Under the pieces are notes generated by a model that searched no databases, was not told the origin of the DNA, and was given only the letters and a program-made list of their open reading frames with translations. DNA of 60,695 bases, from NCBI GenBank assembly GCA_015711855.1, contig JACVJF010000004.1, positions 1-60,695 of the forward strand, in the 5' to 3' direction. This document shows, one piece after another, positions 34,824-42,908 of the stretch (position 1 is its first letter; the number at the start of each line of letters is the position of its first letter). The stretch comes from Candidatus Solincola quzhuomuensis. Its GTDB lineage: Bacteria; Actinomycetota; Geothermincolia; Geothermincolales; RBG-13-55-18. The position numbers and the translations under genes were made by a program.

Positions 34824-37148
34824 TTAGGGGATAGTGGCCGTGTCCCCGTGCAAGGTGACCTGCGTCCCCAGCGATGCGGATAGGGAAGCTATCTGGCGGA
34901 GCCAGGAATTAGCCTCGGTGCCGGTCATGGGTGTGGGCCTGCCATTCAAGATGCGGATGGGATAGATGATCGCGCCCATGAACCCGCCGCATCCCAGGGT
35001 GGCCAACAGCAGCGCGCTGTAAGTGCCCTGAACGCTTCCTGGGTTGAAGGCGAAGTTGCCCAGGCTGTAAGCGATGAGCCTGTCCTTGTATATCTCCAAG
35101 CCTTGAACCACGTGGGGGTGGTGACCGACCACCAGATCCGCCCCGCTGTCCACGGCCAGATGGGCCAGAAAACGCTGGCGGGAGGTGGGGGTATACTCCT
35201 TCTCGATCCCCCAGTGGAAGGAGACCACCACCAGATCCGCGCGCTCCCGCGCCGAGGAGATCTCGGCGACCAGGCGTCCCGCGTCCGAGGCGTCCGCCAC
35301 GCCCGGATAACCGGGTCCGGCCGGCCATCCGTAATAATTCACGTCGCTGTAGGCCAGGAAGGCCACCCGCAGCCCTCGCGCCGTCAGGAAGGCGGGGGAA
35401 CGCGCCTCTTTGTGGTCGGCACCCGAACCGCAGTGGGCTATCCCGTTGGCGTCCAGATAGGCGAGGGTGTCCACCAGCGCCTCGCCCCCATAGTCGCGGG
35501 AGTGGTTGTTAGCGTGGGAGACCACGTCGACGCCCGCCTCGCGCATGGTGGGGAGGGCGGCCGGGCTGCCGCGGAAGGTGAAGCCCTTGCCCGGCACCGG
35601 GCTTCCCCGCCAGGAAACGGCGCATTCCAGGTTGGCGAAAGCCAGGTCCGCCGACCTCAACCATCCGGCCACCGCGGTCCAGGGATAGTCGTATCCGTAG
35701 CCCATGTCGAACTGATCGAGATCCAGATTGACGTCGCCCACGGCGGCTACGTTGGCCCTGGACATGGGCATGTAGGAGAAGTACAAGGGTCTTTCCGCCA
35801 CCAGGGGGAGGTTGGAGGAGAGTCGGGTGGAGAACTCCTTTCCCGGACCCACCACGTCCCTGGCGTCGAGGGTCAGGCGGGTCCTGGGAGCCAGGACGTA
35901 ATGGCTTTCGGTGGTGTTTCCGAGAGAATCCATGAAGGTCACCCTCATCTCGGCCGCCTGGTGATGGGGGTTTACGACGCAGAGGAAATCGTGGAAACCC
36001 TCCAGGGTACAGCCCTCCGCGAAGAACATCTCCCGCACGGGCTCAGCCATGCCGGCGGTGATGTGACCTCCGAGGACGCCTCCCGGAAGGACGAAGTACA
36101 AGGGGCGCTCCACGACCAGGGGGGCGGAGGAAGCGACCTCGCAGGAGACGTCCAGGCCCTCGCCCGCCGCCTCGTTTACGTATACCGTGAAGCGACGCGA
36201 GGCGGGTATGGCGATCTCCAGCTCCTTCGACTCCCCCGTATCGGTCATGAAGTGAATACGGGCCAGAGCGTCCTCCCTACCGGGATTGAGGAGGCACAGC
36301 CAGGTATCGAACCCTGGCCGGGTGCAGCCCTCGGCAAAGTACCAACTGGTGGAGGGTGCCGTAGTCCCCAGGGCGACGTGCCCGCCGTCCCATGTTCCGC
36401 GGTAGACGAAGTATATGGGGCGCTCGGCCACTATGGCTTGCTGGGAGGCGACAACCATGGAGACGTCCACGGATGGGGGGACGTAGTCGTTCACCCGCAA
36501 GGTGCAGCGGGTTCCCGGGGCCAGGTGAAGAAGAGCGGAGGAGTTGTCCCCCTGCCCGGACCCGAGAAGGAAGTCCACCCGCACCTCGCTGGACAGGGGT
36601 TGGGGGTTGGCCAGGCACAGCCAGGTATCGAACCCCGGCCGGGTGCAGCCCTCGGCAAAGTACCAGTTCGTGGAGGTAGCCGTGGAGCCTTGTTCGCAAT
36701 GCCCGCCCGCCCAGCCTCCCGTGCCGTAGCGGAAGTAGATGGAGCGCTCCGCGACAACGGGGATCCTCGATTCAACGATCACGGAAACGTCCTGGTCGCT
36801 CCCGACCGCGTGGTTGACGTACAGGGTGAGGCGGCTGTGGGGCGCGACGGGAGCTCTTAAGGGAGTTCCCTCCCCCGCAGGGAGCAGGAAGCGGAAGGTG
36901 ATCTCATCCCTTTCATCCGCTTGGTTGAGGACGCAGACCCACTCCTCGAAACCGGGTCTGGTGCATCCCTCGGCAAAGAACCACGTGGTGGAGGCCGCAG
37001 GCACGGGCGCCGCGCAGTGCCCGCCTTCCCATTCCGCGCTGGAAGGTACCGGGCGGAAAAGGAGAGCAAAGAGAGAGAGGAGCAAGAAGACGGCCGGCGC
37101 CAACAGGTATCGACGTCTCCCGTCCCGCAGTCTAGCGGCTACCTTCAT
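34824..37148 (-). CDS. Secreted CapA/PgsA-family metallophosphatase with four N-terminal W(Y/F)FAEGCT repeat modules
   Basis: Signal peptide, four ~105-aa repeats, then VGDV, NLEC, ANNH, HWG.E, GHHPHV and YSLGNF CapA motifs. Confidence 0.88.
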   Translation of the reverse strand: MKVAARLRDGRRRYLLAPAVFLLLSLFALLFRPVPSSAEWEGGHCAAPVPAASTTWFFAEGCTRPGFEEWVCVLNQADERDEITFRFLLPAGEGTPLRAPVAPHSRLTLYVNHAVGSDQDVSVIVESRIPVVAERSIYFRYGTGGWAGGHCEQGSTATSTNWYFAEGCTRPGFDTWLCLANPQPLSSEVRVDFLLGSGQGDNSSALLHLAPGTRCTLRVNDYVPPSVDVSMVVASQQAIVAERPIYFVYRGTWDGGHVALGTTAPSTSWYFAEGCTRPGFDTWLCLLNPGREDALARIHFMTDTGESKELEIAIPASRRFTVYVNEAAGEGLDVSCEVASSAPLVVERPLYFVLPGGVLGGHITAGMAEPVREMFFAEGCTLEGFHDFLCVVNPHHQAAEMRVTFMDSLGNTTESHYVLAPRTRLTLDARDVVGPGKEFSTRLSSNLPLVAERPLYFSYMPMSRANVAAVGDVNLDLDQFDMGYGYDYPWTAVAGWLRSADLAFANLECAVSWRGSPVPGKGFTFRGSPAALPTMREAGVDVVSHANNHSRDYGGEALVDTLAYLDANGIAHCGSGADHKEARSPAFLTARGLRVAFLAYSDVNYYGWPAGPGYPGVADASDAGRLVAEISSARERADLVVVSFHWGIEKEYTPTSRQRFLAHLAVDSGADLVVGHHPHVVQGLEIYKDRLIAYSLGNFAFNPGSVQGTYSALLLATLGCGGFMGAIIYPIRILNGRPTPMTGTEANSWLRQIASLSASLGTQVTLHGDTATIP

Positions 37149-37473
37149 GGTCTATGCCCCTATCCCTCGAATTGTCCCGGTGCGGGTTTGTGGCTTATGC
37201 CTCCTTAATCGGTCTCCTTTATGGGCTATGTCCCACCTACGGCGTGCGACGGATAACGGCCTCTTCTGCGCGGCGCAGAACCCGGAGCCTGCGTTGCGGG
37301 GACGGCGCCGGGCATTACTAGTTAAAATTTCCCTATCCTCGTCCCCTTCCCTGCAAAAGGGCGGACGACTTAGGGAGGCTTCACGCTCGATGGAGGCCGG
37401 CGAGGCGCAGGACGTAAGACGGACCGCGAGGGATTTCCGACACGGCGAGGGAAGGGATGTGCCTGGCCGGCGT

Positions 37474-38577
37474 TCAGACCAGATCGGTGTCCGCCCAGGT
37501 GATGATCCAGTTATCCAAGTTGCAGACATATTCCCGGTCCACCTCTTCGTCGTAAACCCGTATGCTGACGTTGAGCGTCCGCGGAAGAAAGCGATTGGGC
37601 ACTCTCACGAAACCGAGGCTTTTCAATGCTCTGGTATAGGCGTTCCTGCCGGTCATCATGCAGGTGACGGCCTCCACCTCCCGGGTCCGGAACCAATCGA
37701 CGGCCCGGGACAGAAGGTATCTGATCGTCCGGAACCTTGGGGGATCCGCCAGGAGGTCCACGACGAACCCGAGCTTGAAGCCCCCGTACTCCATGACGGC
37801 GAGGGCGGCATATCCAGTGGGTCCCTCCGCCTCCGGTTTTGGTTTCAGGATAAAAAGAGCGTATTCCCTTTCCGGGTTGTCGTCGAACCTCCATCGGAGG
37901 AAAGCCGCGTCGCGTTTGAAGTAAATACCGCAGCCCTGGCGCCGGAAATCGGCGCCCTCGGGCAGAAGCTCTGCGAACCTGTTTCCCACCTCGTGGTCGA
38001 GGTCCCGGTCCGGCAAGACGGGTATGTCCAGCAGGTAGTAAATGGCGCTTAGGATGAAGTTGGCCCAAATGATAAGGAAACGGGGGACGGATCTCCATCC
38101 CCACGCGCGGAAAAGCGATCCCGCGTCGGTAAGCCGCCAGTAGACGGGGGCTTCATCCACGAAGTGGGGGCCCTTCTTGTAGGTGATGGGGGTGGAGTTG
38201 GGGTTGGGGAAGGAGACGTGCAGGGAACAGCGCTCCGCGAGGTGTTTCCGGGAGGCGTCTATGAGCAGGCCTCCGATACCCCTCCTCTGGAGGTCGGGAC
38301 GGACCATGAAGTCCACGCGCAGCGCTCCCTCGATCTCCTTTCCCCGAAAGACCACGGTGAAGGGCAAAGAAGCGTAATGTCCGCACAGCGCGCCGTCCTC
38401 GTCCTTGACCAAGATGATGTGCTCCGTGGCCCCCGGAAGCCCCTCGTATCTCCAGCGCCAGGCCTCCAGGCCTCTCTCCTGGCCGAAGGCCTGTCGGAAC
38501 AGCTCGAGGATGGCCTGCTCGTCGCCCGGTTGGTAATAGGAAACGGCGAGTTCGCCCCGAGCCCCTTCCGCTCTCAC
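37474..38577 (-). CDS. GNAT family N-acetyltransferase (two-domain)
   Basis: DFMVRPDLQRRGIG acetyl-CoA motif, FPN and RDAAFLRWRF. Confidence 0.85.
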   Translation of the reverse strand: MRAEGARGELAVSYYQPGDEQAILELFRQAFGQERGLEAWRWRYEGLPGATEHIILVKDEDGALCGHYASLPFTVVFRGKEIEGALRVDFMVRPDLQRRGIGGLLIDASRKHLAERCSLHVSFPNPNSTPITYKKGPHFVDEAPVYWRLTDAGSLFRAWGWRSVPRFLIIWANFILSAIYYLLDIPVLPDRDLDHEVGNRFAELLPEGADFRRQGCGIYFKRDAAFLRWRFDDNPEREYALFILKPKPEAEGPTGYAALAVMEYGGFKLGFVVDLLADPPRFRTIRYLLSRAVDWFRTREVEAVTCMMTGRNAYTRALKSLGFVRVPNRFLPRTLNVSIRVYDEEVDREYVCNLDNWIITWADTDLV

Positions 38578-38745
38578 TCCTTTTCCTCCACTCCGCTTTC
38601 CGATTTTAAACCTCGGCCTTGTCGAGGGCGCCGCTCAAATCCCCGTCCTTGGCCTCTGCTCGCGCCGTATCCGAAAAGTTCGCTTTCCGAAGCCCATAGC
38701 GGTCCATCCACTACCGCGGAGCCGCAACTTGCCGCCAATGCCCCC

Positions 38746-39954
38746 TTAAAAGCGGGGTGGGCTTTCGAAGCGGGCGGCCAGACGCCTCACTTCGGCGGTA
38801 AGGTTTTTCGGGGGCTTGCCCAGGTAGACGGAAGCTATCCAGCCGCCTATGCGTTCCATCTCCTCGGTTCCCATGCCCGATCGGGTCACCTCCGCGGTGC
38901 TCGACCTACCCCAGACATCCACGAAGATGCCGTATCCTTCCAGGCTCCGGCACAGCGAATTAGCCCTCTTCGCGTCCAGGTCCAGAAGAACCTGGTGGGA
39001 TGCCGTGAATCCCCTTTCCTTGAAGCGTACCGGAACGCCCGCCGCTTGCAAAGCCCCGGCCAGCGCCTTGGCGTTCTCCACCACCCGGAGGCCGTATCCC
39101 GGGTCGGAACGCAGTTCCTCCAGGGCCGTCCCGAGGGCGGCGATACGGTTCAGGTGGGGATTGTCCACCAGGCCGATGCCCTCTTCCAGGTCCAATTCCA
39201 GGAATTTCCTCAATTGCCCCGCGATCACCCCGCTGTCGGTGAGGATGAGGCCGCCCTGTGGTCCGAAGAGGGATTTGTGCGTGCTCCCCATAAGGACGTC
39301 CGCGCCTTCCCGCAAGGGATCCTGGAAAACGCCGCAGCCTATGAGGCCCAGGACGTGGGAACCGTCGTATGCCAGGAGGCATTCCCAGCCCGCCCTCCGG
39401 AGGCCCTCGCGTATTTTGGCCACGGGATGGGGAAAGGGAAGGAAGGAGGTGCCCAGAAAGGCCACCCTCGCCCTTTCGCGAAGCAAGGTCTCGATGGTTT
39501 CCTCCGCGTCTATATCCAGGGTATCCGGATCGACGCGGATCCAGGCGGGACGGCGATGGAATTTCTCCGCTCCGAAGGGGTTTCCGCCTGCCGAGAAGGG
39601 GATGAGGCCCACGGCGTCACCGGGGGAGGTGAAGGCGAAGAGGACGGCCAGGACGCACATGTTCCCGGAAAGCGGAGAGACCAGGGCGTGTCCGGCTCCG
39701 AAAACCTCCCGGGCTAGACGCTCGGTCTCCGCCACCACTTGCCGGGCATTGAGGGAACCGCCGTAACCCCGCGCTTGGTAGCGGCCGGCGAGGTCGCTCG
39801 CCAGGGCGCGGAGGGCGGAGGGAGGCAGCCGGTTCTCCGAGGCCATCAGGTTGATGCCTGTCCGGCGCCACCTCTCGTGCTCCTCCAGGAGGCGAGCCAG
39901 CCTTGAGCCCCCGTTTTCCTCCTCGCCATACGCTTCCAGTAACGGTTCGAGCAA
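38746..39954 (-). CDS. Archaeal-type serine hydroxymethyltransferase-like PLP enzyme (divergent)
   Basis: INLMASEN, PLSG, YDGSHVLGLI..G.FQDPLREGAD, GSTHKSLFGPQGG and SHQV motifs. Confidence 0.82.
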   Translation of the reverse strand: MLEPLLEAYGEEENGGSRLARLLEEHERWRRTGINLMASENRLPPSALRALASDLAGRYQARGYGGSLNARQVVAETERLAREVFGAGHALVSPLSGNMCVLAVLFAFTSPGDAVGLIPFSAGGNPFGAEKFHRRPAWIRVDPDTLDIDAEETIETLLRERARVAFLGTSFLPFPHPVAKIREGLRRAGWECLLAYDGSHVLGLIGCGVFQDPLREGADVLMGSTHKSLFGPQGGLILTDSGVIAGQLRKFLELDLEEGIGLVDNPHLNRIAALGTALEELRSDPGYGLRVVENAKALAGALQAAGVPVRFKERGFTASHQVLLDLDAKRANSLCRSLEGYGIFVDVWGRSSTAEVTRSGMGTEEMERIGGWIASVYLGKPPKNLTAEVRRLAARFESPPRF

Positions 39955-40543
39955 CGTCTCCAGCTCCGCCTAGGTCTAAAAGACGCTTTCCGAGCCTCGT
40001 AAGCTCCTCGTCTTTACCGAGCCTTTCCCTCAACCCCGAGGCGCTCCAAGCGTTCAGGGCCCTTATCCTGGAAGCCGCCTCCTTGACCGTCGCCTGCAGT
40101 TCCTCCGATAGTTCCTCGACCTCCGTTCGCCGCTGCGCTTCGCCGGAAGCGTCCTCGCCTCTCCGCCTCTTATCCCGGGCGGAAACGCGGCAATCGGCGT
40201 AAACGCGCAGGAGTCGGCGGTACAGTCGGGGTAGGCGGTGAAAACCCTCGGGTAAACGGGAAAGCCTCTCCAACCCGTCTATTTCTTTCAAGCGTACGTC
40301 GAATTCCGACGGAGCGCGGTCATACGGTACTCGTTCCAATGGGTCCTCGGAACGTTCCTCACGAAAAACCGCTCCGGCGTCGTCGGACAGCCTCTCCAGC
40401 GGCTCGGCGTGGAGCCTCTCCGCGTCCTCCTGCGCCTTGCGGCGCAAGGTGAGCTTGTGGGAGAGAATGACCGCCAGCACACCCCCACCCGCCAATATAC
40501 CCAAGACGCTTAGTACCAGGTTTTCCCAGTTCATATACCCCAT
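39617..40543 (-). CDS. Membrane-anchored helical hypothetical protein, probably frameshifted near 39970
   Basis: N-terminal TM segment and charged helical body. The frame runs 338 nt into the SHMT-like gene, and the sequence is low quality after 39970. Confidence 0.45.
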   Translation of the reverse strand: MGYMNWENLVLSVLGILAGGGVLAVILSHKLTLRRKAQEDAERLHAEPLERLSDDAGAVFREERSEDPLERVPYDRAPSEFDVRLKEIDGLERLSRLPEGFHRLPRLYRRLLRVYADCRVSARDKRRRGEDASGEAQRRTEVEELSEELQATVKEAASRIRALNAWSASGLRERLGKDEELTRLGKRLLDLGGAGDVARTVTGSVWRGGKRGLKAGSPPGGAREVAPDRHQPDGLGEPAASLRPPRPGERPRRPLPSAGLRRFPQCPASGGGDRASSPGGFRSRTRPGLSAFREHVRPGRPLRLHLPR

Positions 40544-40906
40544 TCCCTTAACGCGACGCCATGCCATCCTCGAGCCCATCCTCCCCCGTGGCTTGTCTTT
40601 TGGAGCGGAACGCATTAACCGGCTTCCAAGCTCAATATAAACGAAGTCCTCTTCCACTTCGTCAAAGCGACGGGCAGGGGGGCGGTAGATGTCGGGTAGG
40701 AGTAGGATGTCTGAGGGGATTTGGAGGTCGGGGAAGTGCGGTCCGGCGATGGGCCCAAGGACGCCAATGGGTTTCAGTCCGATTTACTGAAAAGGATATG
40801 ATTTGAGAAGCAGGGGACGGCCGCGGAATGGCAAGAGGGGCTCTTCCTCCGCCGCTTGATTGAAGGGTAGAGCCCTTCACACGAGGGTATTCCTTTGGAG
40901 GTGCAG

Positions 40907-41977
40907 ATGAACCGAAGAGTGGAGATAGTGGGAGCCGGGCTGGCCGGGCTGACGGCGGCGATCACCCTCGCTCGCCGCCGCTTTCAAGTGACCGTTTACG
41001 AGGGAAAGGAAAGGGTGGGCGGGGATATGTCCTACGCCGACTCCACCCTCATGGACCGAGAGGCCCTGCGGACCGAGCTGGGCCTGGACTTCGGGGAGGC
41101 CCTCGAACCCTGGACGCTCACCAGGGCTTGGGCTTACGGGAAGCGGTACGAGTTCGGCCTGCCGCAGGGCGTGGAGGGTTATACCGTGGAGAGGGGGAGA
41201 AGGGAGCATTCCCTGGAGAACGTCCTCTACCGCCGGGCGCTGGAGGAAGGGGTGGAGGTGATCCTGGGGAGGAGGCTGTCCAAGGAGGAGCTGAGAAGCC
41301 TTCCGCCAAAGTCCGTCTTGGCCACCGGATTGGACCGCGAGGGCTTCGAGGCCCTGGATGTGCCCTGCCGTCCCTTTTTCTGTCACTTGGCCTCGGGGAG
41401 AGGTGATCCCTCCCGGCCCAGCGTGATCATCTACCTCGACCGTTTCACGCGCGAGTTTGGCTATTATTTCCAGAAAGGGGAGGTGGCCGGCGCCTTGGTC
41501 TTCGGGCTCCAGCGCCCACTTACCGACGGCGAGAAGGAGGAGTTCAAGCAGAAGTTGGCCGAAAACGACGGCATCGAGTTCGACGGTTGGCATGACCGAA
41601 TCGCCTCCTGGGCGGCCTGGCCTATGGGTTCTTGGAGGGGGCCCCGCCTCTTCCAAGGGGAGAGAATACTGGCCGGGACCCTTGCCGGTGTGGTGAGCCC
41701 AGTGCTTCTTTTCGGGGTGAACGGCGCCCTGGTTTCCGGAAGGGTGGCCGCCCTGGCCGTGGAGGATCCCGATGAGGCGCGGAAGGAATTCCGGCGTCTG
41801 GCACCCCTTTTCTGGCCCCAGTTCCTCTTCCGCAAAATGCGGGAATACCTGCCCCATGCCCTTCTCCGGCCCCTCACTCGGGCCATCCTTTACACCTATG
41901 ACCCTGACTCCTTTCCCTACGCGGTGCTCTTCGTCCTCCTGCCGCCGGGATATCGCAGGGGTTCAGCTGGGCCCTAA
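40907..41977 (+). CDS. NAD(P)/FAD-dependent oxidoreductase (geranylgeranyl-reductase-like)
   Basis: IVGAGLAGL..A...E Rossmann motif, ATG, and AG..AG..P...G...AL.SG. Confidence 0.8.
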   Translation: MNRRVEIVGAGLAGLTAAITLARRRFQVTVYEGKERVGGDMSYADSTLMDREALRTELGLDFGEALEPWTLTRAWAYGKRYEFGLPQGVEGYTVERGRREHSLENVLYRRALEEGVEVILGRRLSKEELRSLPPKSVLATGLDREGFEALDVPCRPFFCHLASGRGDPSRPSVIIYLDRFTREFGYYFQKGEVAGALVFGLQRPLTDGEKEEFKQKLAENDGIEFDGWHDRIASWAAWPMGSWRGPRLFQGERILAGTLAGVVSPVLLFGVNGALVSGRVAALAVEDPDEARKEFRRLAPLFWPQFLFRKMREYLPHALLRPLTRAILYTYDPDSFPYAVLFVLLPPGYRRGSAGP

Positions 41978-42157
41978 AGGGTGGATGGCGGAAGGATGTG
42001 TTGGCCCGAGTGTACGAGGCGGCTCGAGTATAGGTTGCAGATACGGTTTATCCCCATATAGGGGCCGCTGGTTCAGAAGGTGCGTCCCGGCGAGTAGCCG
42101 GGCCGGATGGACTCCTGTGTGTCCGTTCGGGATCGCGCGGCGCCAGCGGGGGTTCGT

Positions 42158-42204
42158 GGCGGAGTACCCGGGCGGCCGATCGGAGGGAGCCCGGGTACTC
42201 CGCC
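42158..42204. terminator. 16-bp perfect stem-loop between convergent genes
   Basis: GGCGGAGTACCCGGGC (42158-42173) pairs with GCCCGGGTACTCCGCC (42189-42204); no U-tract. Confidence 0.6.
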
Positions 42205-42221
42205 GTGACACGGTGCTTGGT

Positions 42222-42713
42222 TCAGTCTATCTTCTTGAACATCTTCCGGGGAGCGCCGCAGATGGGGCATTTCTCGGGCGCTTCCCTCTCCACGGTGTTC
42301 CCGCACACCTGGCATACGTAGTAGTCCACCTCCTCGTTTTTCCCCAGGTTGTCCAGGGCCTTCCGGTAGAGGCCGGCGTGGATCTCCTCCACGGCGTTGG
42401 CGTTGGCGAAGGACATGTAGGCGGCGTCGTTTCCCTCCGCCTTGGCCTCCTCCATCATCCTGGGGTACATGGAGCGGAACTCCGCCGTCTCTCCCTCGAT
42501 GGCCGAGCGGAGGTTCTCCTCCGTGGATCCTATACCCCCCATGACCCTGAGGTGGGCGTGGGCGTGCACCGTCTCCGCCTCGGCGGCGGCGCGGAAGAGC
42601 TTGGCCACCTGGGTATATCCCTCCTCCTCGGCTTTCTTGGCGAAGGCCAGGTACTTGCGGTTGGCCTGGGATTCTCCCGCAAAGGCCTCCTTCAGGTTGT
42701 CCATGGTACTCAT
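42222..42713 (-). CDS. rbr: Rubrerythrin
   Basis: AFAGESQA..KY, two E..H diiron motifs and C-terminal CQVCG...CPICG. Confidence 0.95.
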   Translation of the reverse strand: MSTMDNLKEAFAGESQANRKYLAFAKKAEEEGYTQVAKLFRAAAEAETVHAHAHLRVMGGIGSTEENLRSAIEGETAEFRSMYPRMMEEAKAEGNDAAYMSFANANAVEEIHAGLYRKALDNLGKNEEVDYYVCQVCGNTVEREAPEKCPICGAPRKMFKKID

Positions 42714-42908
42714 ACGCCAACCTCCTTTTCGACGTTTAAATCTGAACAAACCGTTGCGAGTGGCGCTTTAGAGCTACGCGCTTTTACACCGGCGACCAAC
42801 ACTCATTTGCCGACGAGGAGAATATACAAACATGTCGGCTAGCGATTCAACCATGACCAAGCTCATACGGGCTTGAAGCGGGCGGGCGAAGCAAGTGAGG
42901 AAGTTTAA

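Noticed and set aside
35770-37030. Near-identical DNA repeats (e.g. CCGGGTGCAGCCCTCGGCAAAGTACCA) that could look like CRISPR repeats
   Set aside because: They recur at about 300-330 nt spacing in frame inside a CDS and encode the WYFAEGCT protein repeat.
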